Assembly (NCBI GenBank): GCA_038087875.1
Contig: CM075997.1
Location: 3,410,001 to 3,474,000 of the forward strand
Direction: 5' to 3'
DNA: 64,000 nucleotides
Source of the DNA: Malacoraja senta
Taxonomy: Eukaryota
The translations under genes were made by a program, and so were the position numbers. Of the stretch, positions 1 through 14,188 are shown one piece after another (position 1 is the stretch's first letter; the number at the start of each line of letters is the position of its first letter). The notes beneath the pieces were generated by a model that was not told the DNA's origin, did no database searches, and saw only the letters and a program-made list of their open reading frames with translations.

Positions 1-281
1 GGTGGTGCAGCGGTAGAGTTGCTGCCTTACAGCACTTGCAGTGCCAGAGACCTGGGTTCAATCCCGACTACAGGTGCTGTACGGAGTTTGTACGTTCTCC
101 CCGTGACCACGCGGCTTTCCTCCCACACTCCAAAGATGTACAGGTTTGTAGGTTAATTGGCCTGGTATAAGTGTAAATTGTCCCTAGTGTGCGTAGGATA
201 GTGTTAATGTGCGAGGATCGCTGGTTGGTGCGGACTCTGTGGACCGAAGGGCCTGTTTCCGCGCTGTATCTCTAAACTAAA
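1..281 (+). mobile_element. HE1/V-SINE-like tRNA-derived SINE
   Basis: A-box-like GGTGCAGCGG, B-box GGTTCAATCC, central GGAGTTTGTACGTTCTCCCCGTG, CR1-type tail GGACCGAAGGGCCTGTTTCC..(CTAAA)n. Confidence 0.85.
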
Positions 282-654
282 CACAGGGACATTAAATGTT
301 ATGCTGCCCAATAACCACATTAGGACATTCTCAGCGGGTCAGACAGCATCTCTGGAGAAAAGGAATTAGTGACCTTTTGTGTCGAGACCCTTCAGAATGA
401 GAGTCAGGGGAAAGGGAAACAAGAAATATGGACAGTGATGTAGAGAGGTATAGAGATATAGAACAAACAAATGAAAGATATGCAAAAGCGTAACAGTAAA
501 GGAAACAGGTCACCTATTCCTTTTCTCCAGAGATGCTGTCTGACACGCTGAGTTACTCCAGCCTTTTGTGTCTGTCTTCGGGTTAAACCAGCATCTGCAG
601 TTCCTTCCTACACATTGGGCCATTTTAGTCACTGAGACTGCCCCCTGGTGATTT

Positions 655-672
655 CAGCAGCAGCAGCAGCAG
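655..672. repeat. (CAG)6 microsatellite
   Basis: Directly visible. Confidence 0.9.
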
Positions 673-914
673 TTAAGAACCCTGCAGCCTCCAACTATAC
701 AGCCGTGTGTATCCCGTTAATGGTGAATGGAAGGCAACTCTATGAAATGCAAAGCAAATAAATATAAACATAATAAATTTGATATTTTTAGTGTAACCGA
801 AAGCAACAGAATGAGTAGACATAGCTCAAGAGAATGAGCTAATACTATCAAAGGTAAAATAAGGCCAATACTTATTTACATCAAAGGCTAACATGTTTAG
901 GGGGAAAACATTTT

Positions 915-1420
915 AGACAATCGACAGGAGGCGGCCATTCGGCCCTTCGAACCAGCACCGCCATTCAATGTGATCATGGCTGATCATCCACAATCAGTAC
1001 CCCGTTCCTGCCTTCTCCCCATATCCCCTGACTCCGCTATCTTCAAGAGCCCTATCTTGCTCTCTCTTGAAAGTATCCAGAGAACAGGCCTTCACCGCCC
1101 TCTGAGGCAGAGAATTCCACAGACTCACAACTCTCTGTGAAAAAGTGTTTCCTCATTTCCGTTCTAAATGGCTTACCCCTTATTCTTATAAGAATCTGAG
1201 GGGTAACTTTATCACACAAAGGATGGTGGGTGTATGGAACGAGCTGCCAAGGAGATAGTTGAGGCATGGATTAACAATTAAGAAGCAATTAGAGAGATAC
1301 ATGGTTAGGAAAAGTTTAGAGTGATATGGTCCAAAGTGGGACTAATGTAGTCTGGACATGTTGTTCGGTGTGGGCAAGTTGGGCCGAAGGGCCTGTTTCC
1401 ATGCTGTATGACTCAATGAC
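915..1420. mobile_element. CR1/HER1-like LINE 3' fragments (two, opposite orientations)
   Basis: FRTEMRKHFF..RVV.LWN-type ORF2 C-terminal remnants and GGCCGAAGGGCC tails. Confidence 0.7.
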
Positions 1421-1885
1421 TATGTGTTTTGTAGTGAATTATGTGCCCTCCGATACAATTGCACTCCTTTTTAGTTGAACGTTCAAAGTAATCGTGAAAA
1501 GGTACGAGTCATAATGTTACCATGACAAGTTAGGAATCTTGAAATGCTTAATTCAATAAGTTAAGCATCCCATGGCCAATGGCAGGTTTGTGTTGAATCA
1601 CTGATCTTAGCTGGGATGCTGGGCAGGATGTTACAATACTTCTGGATTGTGAAGTGGGGTTGAGGCATGTAGTGAACAGATTAGATGGTTAGTTGTGGTA
1701 AACAAACCAAGGCTTCCAGTCCTGTGTTGTGTGAATAGTCATGACAAGATTGCATTCAGTTATAATGCATGCTGGGTTGATCAGCCTGGGTATGGGCAGT
1801 GTCAGATCTCAAATTGAAAAACAACAGAGACCTATGGACCCAGCACTGCAGTAGGTTGCAGATAAGGTGGAACATGTTACAAGAG

Positions 1886-2190
1886 TGGCACACCTGGTGG
1901 AGCTGCTGGAGACCTGGGTTTGATCCTGACCTCGGATGTGTGGAGTTTGTATGTTCTCCCTGTGACCACGTGGGTTTCCTCCTGGTGTTTGGGTTTATAG
2001 GTTAATAGGCTACTCTGTAAATTGTGTACAGTTCTGTATGTTATTCCACTTTCACATCCACTCCCTAGTGTGTAGGCAGTGGATGCGCAAGTGGGATAAC
2101 ACAGAACTAGTGTGAGCAGGAGATGGATGGTCGGCGTGGACTTGTTGGGCTGACGGGCCTGTTTCCATGCGGTACTTTTCAATCAATCAA
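1886..2190 (+). mobile_element. HE1/V-SINE-like SINE (diverged)
   Basis: Same head, core and tail as 1-281; (TCAA)n end. Confidence 0.75.
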
Positions 2191-2219
2191 TATCTGGACT
2201 TGTCTTTCTATTTTTATAG

Positions 2220-5200
2220 TTTAGACAACATAAAAACTCCTGATGTCCCTCTTGATGATGCACCTGAAACGGCAGAGGCCACAGACAAAGTTGAAGAACA
2301 GGTAACACAAAATAATTTTAAAACGTGAAATTAAAATGTATCATTATTGAGATGTGAAGTAATGAGACTTCAGATGTGCCATGTTGCCTGTACTGCTTTG
2401 TTCTGGCATCTTCCTACCGTTAGTTCCCTTCCCTCTATTGTCAGTCTGAAGAAGGGTCCCCACCTGAAACGTCACCCATCCTTTTGCTCCAGATTTGCTG
2501 CCTGACCCGCTGAGTTTTTCCAGCACTTTGTCTATCTTTTGCCAAATGTTATCTTCAATGCCCCAATCAGTGAAAGCATGTATGTCATATGCCCTCATTA
2601 CCACCCAATTGATCAGTGTTGCTACTTTCAGTGAACTATGGATTTGTACCCCGAGATCCCTCTGTACATCAATGCTTCTAAGGGGCCGACCTTCATGGAA
2701 TCACAAACAAGACCTTTTTTGAGTGTTTGTGTAAATGTTGCACTCTGTATGAATTGTCTCTGACTCTGTGTCAACGTGTTGTGGATTATGGCTCATTCAT
2801 CTGCCAAAGCTTTCGGATCCTAACCAGGCATTTTTACTCATGAACAGACCATAAGCAGATGATGGAAATTTGTGTATGATGTTGAAATCGATAACTATAA
2901 ATTCCTTTTCTTGTAGGGCGTGCAGTCGCGACATGCAAGTAACATTTTAGTCGAAGTGATTAACAGGTAAGCCGACAATAGAATCACATCATACTAAAAC
3001 TAACGTGTGCTTCCCCTGTGATTCATGCATTTTTCATCCCAGCTGGTGGAAAGCACCACGCTTGATTTCTGCTTTCTTTTCTGTTCCTTGACCCACGTAT
3101 AAAGGCAGTTTGTATTTATGATTTGGGATTTTTCTATAATTGAATTCTTTCTATATCGACCTTATCCAATACCTTGAAGATCTTTAAGGTCATCTTTACA
3201 TTTTCTCTTTAATAACATTTCCTCAATCTTCCCCAGTATCTGCAATCTCTGTTCTAATCCCTTTATTGTAACCCATACGCTTCCTTCTGTTTCTTTGTTC
3301 TTTTTTTAATATAATGCAGAGACCCAGTATTCTTTTGTGGACTGAATAGGATTCTGTATGTTTAACCGACTTTCATTCAATTCTAAACATCTTGCCATGA
3401 ATCCTTGTGCTTTGTTCTCATTATATATCTTTTGCTGACCTATGATGCTTTAATGATTTTATCATTTCCATCTCTAGATGATTATGACATAGGAATCTGA
3501 ATTGTATATATTATTACGGGCAATATTTTAATTTTTGTCACCAAAGTATATTATCTCACATTTGTCTCAGTTAAAGTTAATGTTGGACTTACTGATGGGA
3601 AGTCATCCAGATTTGGACTGATTGAAACACCCAAGAGCATTTAAAAAGGTTTTTTGAAAACTGTGTTCTAAATGTTTAGAATCTTTATATGTGACCAGAA
3701 TTTGAGACACTGCAAAAAATGCTACCAGCTAACAAGAACGAACGCTGTTTAAAAAAAGTGGTAATAAAAGAATTGAGAATGCCATGCACCTGAATCATAT
3801 TGAGTTACTGCTCTTGGATGGGCTACATGGAGGTGTTATTGGCCTCAGTGCTAGGAGAAACATCAATTAGGCTTCCCATTCTGGATTGTTATCCAATATC
3901 AAAGAGTATGTGGACAACAGGATTGTGCTTCTCTATCAAACGCTTGCCCTTCTTGTCAAAGAGCGTGAAGACACCCATCATCTCAGTTCACACGGCAATG
4001 ATCAGTGGAATAGCTCCAGAGACACTCATCAACAGCTCTTCCCCACCTTAATGCCCGACTCCTGCACAGCCTGCGTATGCGAATGAACATTTGGGAGACT
4101 GGCAGGATGGATGTGCCGGTCTCCCAAATGTGGGGACTGTGGATATCTTCTGCCGGGTGGGAACTCCATTCACAACTGTATTTCTGACTTGCAAACACAA
4201 TTCAGGTTACAACAGAGCTCAGGAATGGAACCCTGCCATAACCTGGGCAGGACCTGTAATTACATCCCAGTAACTGAGTGTCAATGCACGAGAAAGGTAA
4301 AGAAGAATGACCTGTGTGAATAAGAATTGCTAAACATTTCCATATTTCCACAGTTGTGACACTGCACTCTTGCAGCGTGGTGCCAGTTCTATTGCCGATT
4401 CAACCGAGATAGTGGATATAGTGGACAGAAACATACAACAGGTAAAATAAAATTGTTTCTTGTGAATGTAATTACACAAAATATGGTAGCATTTATTCAT
4501 TATTTTTTAGTCAAAATTCCATTACTAGGACATAAATTATATATTCAAAATGGTTCTAGCAATCAGCCAACTACAGAACCACAAATGTGGATCTCAAGTC
4601 TTTGCATTATTTATGTTCAGTGCACATAAATAAGAAATAAGGAAGTTCTTCAATACTTTTCAATTACATTTCTACCACTCATCCTCTTGAAATTTCCTTC
4701 AAATCCTTTATTTGCCTTCAATTCCACTTTGGTAATTGGGGATCAATTTTGAACTTGGACAATTGAAGATTTCCCTTGATTTTCACTATTGTTGAATTTT
4801 TACAAGGTGCTCCATCATGTCCACTATGCACCAATGTCAGTCATCCCACTGGGACTCTGGTGTGTCCAAATGTCTTCATGAAAGAGTAATTAAAAAAATT
4901 GACAACAAATGGTTGAAACTTGAGGAACATTATTCCTTAAGTAAAATACAGTTGAGGCTGCAACTGTGGAATAAAACAAAATATTCTAAAAATAAAACGA
5001 TGGAAATATTCAGCAGGTCTGGCAGCATCTGTGGAGAGAGAGAAGCAGAGTTATGTTTCAGATTTAAGACTTGAAAATACATATGGGGTTGCTAGGAGCT
5101 GGCAGCATAAGCCTCGATTATCAATCTTGTGCCCTATCTCCACTTGTGCTTCCAATCAAAGTGCCTCACTCATCCTAATCTACATTATTCACTAACTGAA

Positions 5201-8200
5201 CCCAATATTGTCAATAAATCCACAGACAAGGACCGTTATGTGATGAAGCATATTTATGTTGTAGGCAAAGCGACAACATCTCTGATGCATCATCCTAGCC
5301 GCCCTCTAGATCATAATCCCATCATTAGATATCTGCCCAATATTCCAAGATAGCCAGAAACCTCATCTTAGTTTTAGTTTAGAGATACAGCATGGAATCA
5401 GGCCCTTCGGCCCACTGAGTCCGCACCGACCAGCGATCCCCGCACATTAACACAAGCTTACACACACTAGGAACAATTTATACTGATACCAAGTATACAA
5501 ACCCAAGCCAATTAACCTACAAACCTGTATGTCTTTGGATGTGGGGGGGGCAACCGAAGATCTCAGAAAAAACACACGGTCACAGGGTGAACGTACAAAC
5601 TCCGTACCGACAGCACCCATAGTCAGGATCGAGCGCTGTAAGGCAGCAACTCTAACGCTGTACCACCATGCAGCCCATGAATCTTATCTGAAGATTTTCC
5701 CCTCCACATCCCAAAACCATATAGCCTTCATCTCTTTTCTCCCCGTGATCTACAAGCAGGAATGTTTTTACCATGTTCATGTTCCATATGATCTTTTTCT
5801 TCTCGTCTGTTCTTTTCCCAACATTCATTCAGTCTTTGGCATAATCTGCACTTAAGCTGTTTCCAATTTCCTGGTCCCACTTTCATGACTTAATTCAAAA
5901 CCTCTGCCGAGTTTAAAGGACCTAAGAAAAAAAAAATCAAGATCGTGGTAATCCACAAACTCCTACGACCTTCCATGAACTCCTATGAGTATGTCTACAA
6001 ATTCCAACGACTATTTCGATGCCCTCCTTACGAGTAAAAAGTTGCAATTTATTTCATCCCGACCATTTTTTTTACTCGTGGACATTTTTTATCAGGCTGG
6101 AAAAAACGTCCCGACTTACCTGATGCCACGAGTACCTACGGCTGGCATAACGAGCCGCTACGATATATTTACGAACTCCTACGACCTCCTAACGAACATT
6201 CTGCGAGTTTGAATCAAGGGGAAAACTCGGGAGAATTCGTGAATAACTCATGAAAGTGGGACAGGGCCTTTACATACCAGTCCAGGACGTCTACACTTCC
6301 AGCATCCTCTATTTTCTGAGTGACCGTCATTTCTTGCTTTTACAAATCCCAAGCAGCCCCTGTCCACTGCCATCCCACTTCACTCAGTGGACGTACTCAT
6401 TGAGTTTTTCTCCTTTGACTCAATTTCCTTCAAGAAAAAAGGTATAATTACAGGAGTAAAAAAACAAACTGTTGGAAGAACTCAGTGGGTCAAATGGCTT
6501 TTAAGGCAGGAAAAGAATTGTCCAATTTTCCGGTGCCAGTAAGTGATCAGGATGAAGGATAGAAGCAAAGAATTCCAGATGCTAGTTAATACACAAAAGA
6601 ACATAAAGTGCCAGAATAACTCAGCATGTTAGGCAGAATCTCTGGAGAACATGAACACAGTGGCATCCATAATGTTTGGGACAAAGACCCATCATTTATT
6701 TATTTGCCTCTGTACTCCGCAATTTGAGATTTGCAATAGAAAAAAAAATCACATGTGGTTAAAGTGCACATTGTCAGATTTTAATAAAGGCCATTTTTAT
6801 ACATTTTGGTTTCACCATGTAGAAATGACAGCCGTGTTTATACATAGTCCCCCTATGAGATTTCTATCTCTCATTACAGGACATGAAGGCGCTAGATGAA
6901 GCAAATCTGATGGTTGAATTCATCGATGGGTGAGCTTATCATAAACCCAAAGTGTAACAAGTGCCCTGGTGATCGTGTCCAGTGTCTGAATCGATTCCTG
7001 GTTGATTCTGGCTTAGCTCAGTATAGTGGTGTTTTGTCAAGCATCGAAACAGATTGCAGAGGGTCTGAGCCGGGAAAATAAACAAGAAAATAATAGCTGG
7101 CGTAGCCCACCTGACCCCCAAGCCTGCCCATCACTCAATACAATTATGGCTGCTCTACCCAAGCCTCCATCTTCACCGGAACCCTATCGTCCTCAATCCA
7201 CAGATCGTCCATGTATGTATCTCGCTTCATTGCAGATGTTCCTAGTGAACTAAACTCCAAACTCTGGGCAGTTAATTGCAAAGATCCGATATCCTTGCTT
7301 GAAGACATTTTACCTACCTCAGTTGTAAATGGCAAACTTCTTAACTTGAAACTATGTCCCTTCGTTCAAAACTCTTGCACTTGTGAAAATATTCAAGCTA
7401 TCCTGTCAAGCCCCAACATTCCCTCACCCATGCAAGATGTTAAATGTTTCAACAAGATCGCCCTTCATCCATCTAAACTCCAAAGAATACAGACACAACC
7501 TGCTTAGCTTCCCTTGGAAGGACGATCCTCTCCATCCCAGGAATTAACCTGGTTCACCTATTATAGACTGCCTCCAATGTTACTGAATCTTTCAGCTAAG
7601 GGGACCAAAACTGCACCGTATTCCAGGTGTGGCCTCACCAACATTCTAACAAAACTTTCCCATTTGCCAAAATCAGCCAAAGTCCCTTCAAGTTGCTGTA
7701 AATTTGACGTCCTCAGATCTGATCTGCCATTCATCAAGATAATAGCTAATCTTTCATCTATGTCAGTGGCCTTTAATAACTAAAAATGTATTATTGTTGA
7801 CTATATTCAGTGCCTGGCCTCCACAACTCTCATTCCCCTAAACTTCAGTGTATAGACCCAGTATACATAATCCCTTCATACCAGTTTTCCACATTGCATT
7901 CCATGTGCCTTGGCCTTATCCAGTCACTTCGCCTTCACCTTTCCCCTTGAACCTTATACATATTATCATCACAGCCCATGCTACCTCTATAATTTGTACC
8001 ATCTGCGAACGTGGATGTAATACACTTGGTCCCTTCATCCAGATCATTGGTTTAGATTTTGAGCAGCTGCAGTATCCCCTTTTTGTCACAGCCTCCCAAC
8101 ATGAAAATAACCTCTTCATTCCTGCTCTGCTCTCCGACCGTTAACTATTCCTCAATCCATTCCAGTGCATTATCTCATGCGCTGCAATTTTTTGTTTTTG

Positions 8201-8986
8201 GTCGAGTGTGACAACGCTAAGCCCTCTGAATATCTAAATACACCACATCCATTGAGCCCATGGGATGTCATTGCTTTCACAAGGGTTGGGGAAAGAACTC
8301 CAGTATATCACCAGCGGAGAATCCTGGCATTATTTCACTAGGTTGTCCTTGGAACATTGTTGGACAACATCGAGGAGGACTGGCTCAGTGGAAGGCTGAC
8401 CAACAGGACTGTCAAGTTTTATTTACATCACAGCCCAATAAATTAATCATTGCATTTGGACTCTTAAACCCATAATTTACTAACCCACCACTATAATTAT
8501 GTCTTCCATTTTTCTAGTTATCACATCACATACAGGAGTGAGTGCAGCCTTGTAGCCCCCGATGTTGCGAAGACAGTAGCAGCCACGGACAGCGATAATG
8601 ACCAGGTGAAACTTCAAACCAATGTGCTGCTTTACTCTGTTTGATGGGTTGTGAAGGATAATGTTTTTTCATAGTTGTAGTCGGTGACAAGCAACTCATA
8701 TAATGGCACATTAATTTAGTGTCTTTAAAACTTTGCCAAATTAAACAGTATTTTCTATGAATAATCCTGAAAGCTAATTTAAAGAGTACTGTGGTAAATG
8801 CAATCTTTGAATCGATCACTACTTGGCAGCAACTGAAATTGCCCTGTGACACGGTTACACTGGAAGAACTCATGTTTATAATGCATCAAGTCTCTCCAAC
8901 TGAAACCTCATGCATGAAGATATTGACATTTATCTCTTTTTTGCCTCCAGGATGAACCTGATGAGGTCAAAGATGCATTGTATTGA
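2220..8986 (+). CDS. Last four coding exons of an unidentified gene: join 2220-2301, 2917-2966, 4354-4441, 8951-8986 (..LDNIKTPDVPLDDAPETAEATDKVEEQ GVQSRHASNILVEVINS CDTALLQRGASSIADSTEIVDIVDRNIQQ DEPDEVKDALY*)
   Basis: Each segment has a polypyrimidine-AG acceptor, the first three have GT donors, and phases chain 2-0, 0-2, 2-0, 0-stop with no internal stops. AATAAA follows at about 9095 and 9233. The acidic tail is not recognisable by eye. Confidence 0.72.
5368..5675 (-). mobile_element. HE1/V-SINE-like SINE
   Basis: Reverse complement of the same family. Confidence 0.8.
5870..6269. mobile_element. PIF/Harbinger-like MITE
   Basis: Inverted termini GTCCCACTTTCATGA (5874-5888) / TCATGAAAGTGGGACAGGGCCT followed by TTA; the left extreme is degraded. 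Confidence 0.65.
6658..6855 (+). mobile_element. Tc1-like TIR fragment (same family as 14523-15088)
   Basis: CAGTGGCATCCATAATGTTTGGGACAAAGACC... near-identical to the TIR at 14523. Confidence 0.8.
7230..8260 (-). mobile_element. Degenerate CR1-like LINE ORF2 fragment
   Basis: Reverse-strand CR1 RT/C-terminal-like text such as ..CCAGGTGTGGCCTCACCAA.. Confidence 0.55.
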
Positions 8987-10734
8987 ACAGACAGTGTCTG
9001 AAGAGCCAGCAAACCATGGCATGACTGCTTAAGACAGCAGGAATGGCCAGCACAACAAATCTTCCTACAGCAAGGGTTAACGATTTGATTTAAAATAAAA
9101 CCAAATGGTACTTGAGCATTTTATAAATAATGAGATTTCTTAAAACACCAGTCAATTCTCTCTTCCACTGCCTCTGTACATCATGCTTCTTTAACTTTTG
9201 TAAGTGGGTACTTGTGACTACCATTGTCTCACAATAAATATGCTTTGGGTTTAAACATGCAAGCACAGAGGAATAAGAAATATTCAATGTTGTTTTTCAC
9301 GCTTGGGCTAGAAGAAGGTAATGGAATAAAAATAACTTAGCCCTGGATTTCTTTAACTACTGGTTTTAGGTTGAAAATACTCAAAATTATTAAACACGTT
9401 ATGCCAAATTAAACAAGGTTTTTGTTCCATTGTGTAGCAAGGACCCAATCGAAGATTTTATTTCCATTTGAGTTACATGAATTTTAATAGTCTACAACCT
9501 ATTTAGCCCAGCATCAACTTTACAAACGCAGAGTGGCCAGGGGAAGTTCTGTATGATTTTATTCTATAAATTGCAGTAATTGCAGCCACACGCACATACA
9601 TAAACTCCTATTGCTGGCAATATTCAGTGGGGGTAAGTGGGACTACATCTAGGAAGTGACTAACCTCTTTCAAGTGGCTTGTAGTCACAAGATTAAAGAT
9701 CTATCCTCTGGCAATTGCAGAAAAAAAGTAATTGAGAGAATTCAATAAAGTTGTGATTTTCATCATGTAATATTAGAGGGGCAGTCGAAAGTAGTAAGTC
9801 TTGTGATAGACCTGCAGGAATCTGTTTAATCTGCATTAGAAAGCCCAAGCATAAGTTTATGCTTGGGCTTTTGCAACTGAATTTTATGATTGTGCCATTG
9901 GTTGTAGTCAAGGAATTTACCATCTCAGAGTTCAGTTTTCATACTGCTGCATATATAGAACAGTCCAGTACGCTTTTACCAATTGGACTTTTACAAATGA
10001 GCACTCTTCTCCAGCAGTGACAGTAAGAAAAAAAGTGTTCAGGTGGCAAGTTTCAGCTTGCAGAGATACAACAGAAACCTGGCTCTGATGGCCGTGGGGT
10101 GGGGGTGGGGGAGATGGAGTAGTAAGAGATGGAGACCCCAAATTCAAGTTAGGAATGGGAACTGAGTGGAAACTCCGAAGGAAAAGGAAGGAAGGACATC
10201 TTTCAGTGGGTCGAACATTTGAGAACAGGACACCATTGGGAAGGGTAGGTCTGGATTGGAGCAGCAGAACCACTTTTGGTTTGACTAACATTGGACAAAG
10301 CAGCTCGCCACAGACCTCCACCCTACCCAAGCATAAAGCTAATTTCAGGATTCCAAATACAGGCGTAAACAGAAGGATGAGCAGCATGAAGGTTAGCACT
10401 GGTGCTACGGAGCAATCTGAATTGTCCTGTAAACCAATTAACCAACAACCTTGTCTTCAATCGTTTTTTTATAAATGTGCATTAGTCCCCCATAAAACAT
10501 TGAACTCTTTTGTGTAATGACAATAAAATCAGGTAAAAAGTCATTCCAGTCCTGTATATATACACACACAAAAGGTTTTACTCACCTCAGAGCTTCAAAA
10601 CAGTGTACAGTCAATCAAGTAGAAAAATAAAGAAATTACGCAGATACTGGAAATCCGAAATTTAAATAAAGTGCTGGGAAGCCTCAACAAGCCGTGCAGC
10701 GTCTGTGGAAAGAGAAGTGTCAACATTTCAGGTG

Positions 10735-11590
10735 TTCCTGATCTCCCGGTTGCTAAACACTTCAACTCCCCCTCCCATTTCCACACTGACCTTCCTGTCC
10801 CAGGCCTCCTCCATTGTCCAAGTGAGACCAAGCGTAAATTGAAGGAAGCACCTCATATTTCGCCGAGGCAGCTTATACCCCAGTGGTGTGAATATTGTGG
10901 CACCACCAGCAGTGGCTGCCTCACCAACAGTCCTTTCTTTTTGTTATTTTAAGCAAGTGTAAAAAAAAAAGTAAAATGCCACAGAGTGTTTCAACTGCCC
11001 CCAACACGGGAGTTTCGATCACCCCGACGGGGGCTTCAATCGTCGGCTGCGGGGGCTTTGAATGCCCCGACTGCGGATGGTTTGACCGCCCTGACAGCGG
11101 GACAACAAGAGGAAGAGAAGTGAACTTTATTGTCTTCCATCACTGTGAGGAATGTGGAAGATGTTTATGTTAACTTTTATGTGGTTGTGTCTTGTTGCTT
11201 TTCACTTAGTATGGCTGTATGGAAACTCAAATTTCACTGTACCTTAATTGGTACATGTGACAATAAACTGACCTTGAAACCTTGAAGTAACCATTGCTTT
11301 CCCGCTCTCCATCCCTCCCCTTTCCCTGTTCTCCAAACAGTCTGACTGTCCCCGATTACATTTTATCTGTTTGCTTTGTCACCTTCTCCTAGCTAACAAT
11401 GATCTATTCTACATGTTCCTTGATTTTCCATCTCTTTTGATGTCTCGTCTTCACACCTTACCCTTCCTTATCTTTGTGTCTCCCTCTCCAGACTCTCAGT
11501 CTGAAGGGTCTCGACCCGAAACGCCACCCATCCCTTCTATCCAGAGTTGCTGCCTCCTACTGCTGAGTTACTCCAGCATTTTGTGTCTTA
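10735..11590 (+). mobile_element. Penelope-like element 3' part (GIY-YIG endonuclease C-terminus plus pLTR), interrupted by an insertion at about 10897-11287
   Basis: PVAKHFNSPSHFHTDLPVPGLLHCPSETKRKLKE translation; downstream TCTGAAGGGTCTCGACCCGAAAC unit. Confidence 0.75.
10897..11287 (+). mobile_element. Non-autonomous retroelement with (CCTTGAAA) tail; related to 55905-56640
   Basis: Shares head GGC.GCCT..CCAACAGTC and internal CTTCCATCAC.GTGAGGAATGTGG with 55905-56640; AATAAA and short tandem tail. Confidence 0.6.
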
Positions 11591-12540
11591 CTTCTCTGCT
11601 TCTGTTTAAATCCATTACAAGTTCAATTTGATATATAAAACTATCAAACATCCCACTGTTTAATGAACATTGACATTGTAATAAAGCGTGTTTCAACGGT
11701 TATAATCCTGCAAAATATACTATGATAATATTTTTTAACCATTACTTTAACAAGACCATTTGCATGGGTTGACTACTCAGCTAAAATGGAAACATTTCAG
11801 AGAAAACAGGGCTATGATGACACTTCATTCCTTTCCAATTTCAAACCAAATGAATAATCATAACCTAAAAATAAGTTGCTTAAAATATATTTTGCAGCAT
11901 CAACATTTTTACCATCCATTTCCCTCCCACCCCATATCTACTCACATGCATGTATTTGTATTTGAAAATTACTCCAGATGTTCTTTTCAAATTCATGAAA
12001 ATAAAATGATACGAAATCTGTACAAAGAATAACTTTCACTTTGCAAATTTGAATCTAACCTCCCTCCATATGACCTTTTTCTTCCCTTTGGCAACCAATT
12101 GTACCCAAGCACCAATGAGGAACTCTAGGTCGAATCACAAAATATACAATCCAACATGTTGTCCGATATTGAAATATGAATGAGATACAATTTAGATCCA
12201 TCGTGAGACAAAAAAATGAGCCTCAATTAACCCCATTCCATTAAAACATGAATAAAGTATGAATAATGTTAACTTATTTTATCTTTTTAGCAATTGCATT
12301 GAACAAATCACACCCTGGGATATCAGAAGTCTCAGACTTAATGAAAACTCCAGTTTAAATTCTTCCAGTTTAAATTCCATTTGGAATATTTTGAGGGACC
12401 AAGAAACCAAGAAGAAAACTGTCACTTAGACCACAGCCAACCCAATCATTAAACTGTTGCTCAATTTCACTTGGACTTTTCTTGACATCTATATTGTTTA
12501 TATATTAACAGATATGTAATGTTTCATTAGATTTGAATTG

Positions 12541-12677
12541 GGGTGGGAGATTGTAACCTTCACGTGGTCCACCCGGTTTCAACGAGTGCAATCAACCTGG
12601 CGTGCACAATCAAATAAGATCAAATAGATCAAGTTGTCCTCCAACTTTAGGCTGTGCACGCCATACGCAAGAAGAAG
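12541..12677 (+). mobile_element. Short RTE-tailed SINE-like element with 15-bp TSD
   Basis: TSD ATTAGA(T/C)TTGAATTG at 12526-12540 and 12678-12692; about 40 nt of 3' end shared with 14000-14188; (AAG)n tail. Confidence 0.8.
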
Positions 12678-13999
12678 ATTAGACTTGAATTGATCCCAAT
12701 TCAACATCTGGGCAATGCAGCCAAATTGTAATAAGATCTTCATAATGAGTGAAGTATGATGTAAATTCCAAATCCATCCATAATCTACACTACATCTATT
12801 TCAAGTGCCATTCTTATAAATCTCAAGAGTTAATGCAGTTTGCAAAAGGGGATGTCTACCTTTGGCAGCTAAAAACAAGAAAATCTAAAAATCCATATCT
12901 GATGTGATCAGTAGATAGAACATCCAACTGTTGACACCTTGCTTTCCATTTCTATAATTAGCATAAATAAGGTGGTATGGTGACTGTACTTGTCTTCAAC
13001 ATTTAAAGGAAAGGAATCAATGATATTACAGGTACATCATATCACAGTTCTTTGACAACTTTTTGTAAAAATAAGAAACATTTTAAAACAGAAAGCATTA
13101 ACATTTAAACCCCCCCCCCCCACCATAATTATGAGTTGGACATGCAAAGAATAACGTATTTACTGAACCCCAGCCTAAGATTGTTCCCAGTGTATAATAA
13201 CCTGCTGGTTACAATGCTCTAGTGTTGCAGTAATAGTAGATCTCAACATCTCATGTACTTTATGAAATGTAGGAAAGGAATTAATTTATACAGTTTGTTT
13301 GCAATTTGCACAAAAGGATATAAATACGTCTCATTAAAAAAGAACATGACCTATGAAGAGTTAACATAGAACAAATACCTTGTAAGTAGATTAAATGTCA
13401 GGGAAGCAGGTTCTAAAGGTATTGGAGCGCCAACATTCCTTAACACTTTGAACCTCCGGATTTATTAAACATTCAAAATCATGGTTATTGTATGTTTTAT
13501 GGACTGTTAATATAGAATACAGTATCATTGTGAAACAATAACAAACCATGGTTAGTGCTCCACATTCCTCAAATCAAAGACCATTCATATTTTCTTCACA
13601 GATGCTGCCAGATCTGGGTTTTTCTAGCATTTTGTGTTTTAAAATCACGTTAAAACAGTGTTTAATAATTATTGATGGATTACACCCCGGGGTTATTTGC
13701 TGTATAAGATATACATAAATATAATGAAAATATATTTGCCTGAATCACATCGGATCATTGTTATCCTATGAAATGTAGAGCACCATCTTTTCTAAAGAGC
13801 ATCATTGTGAAGTAAACTTCACAAACTCACTCCTTCCATGCTATTTAAAATAACATAAGTAAAAATTATTACATGAACCTATGACAAACCTATCCAGATT
13901 CCGCACAAAACCAGTCCTCACCCTCTTTGGCCCCATTCATATATTTAATTCCTACTTTGACTGTGGATGTACAATGTTTCATCCCTTCTCCACCACATT

Positions 14000-14188
14000 G
14001 ACAGACAGCCCTGCTTGCGACTGCGGACATCCAGACCAGACCATCCCACACATGGTCTGAATGACAGCCCACTGAGGCTTTTTCCTGGTGGCATCAAAGC
14101 CATCCACCCAGTAACTGATGCTGTCCTGGCTTGGATGTCTACCCTTGACCTACAACTTTAGGCGGTGCACGCCATACGCAAGAAGAAG
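14000..14188 (+). mobile_element. 5'-truncated RTE-like LINE with 13-bp TSD
   Basis: TSD TCTCCACCACATT at 13987-13999 and 14189-14201; CDCGHPDQTIPHM zinc-knuckle-like C-terminus; (AAG)n tail. Confidence 0.78.

Noticed and set aside
1-75. tRNA gene (also about 31885-31960 and 60190-60260)
   Set aside because: tRNA-derived heads of SINEs that continue into SINE body; no proper cloverleaf.
792-853. Additional exon of the left-hand gene (AG...AAG|GTAAAA)
   Set aside because: In-frame stops in the frames needed to join the exon at 2220.
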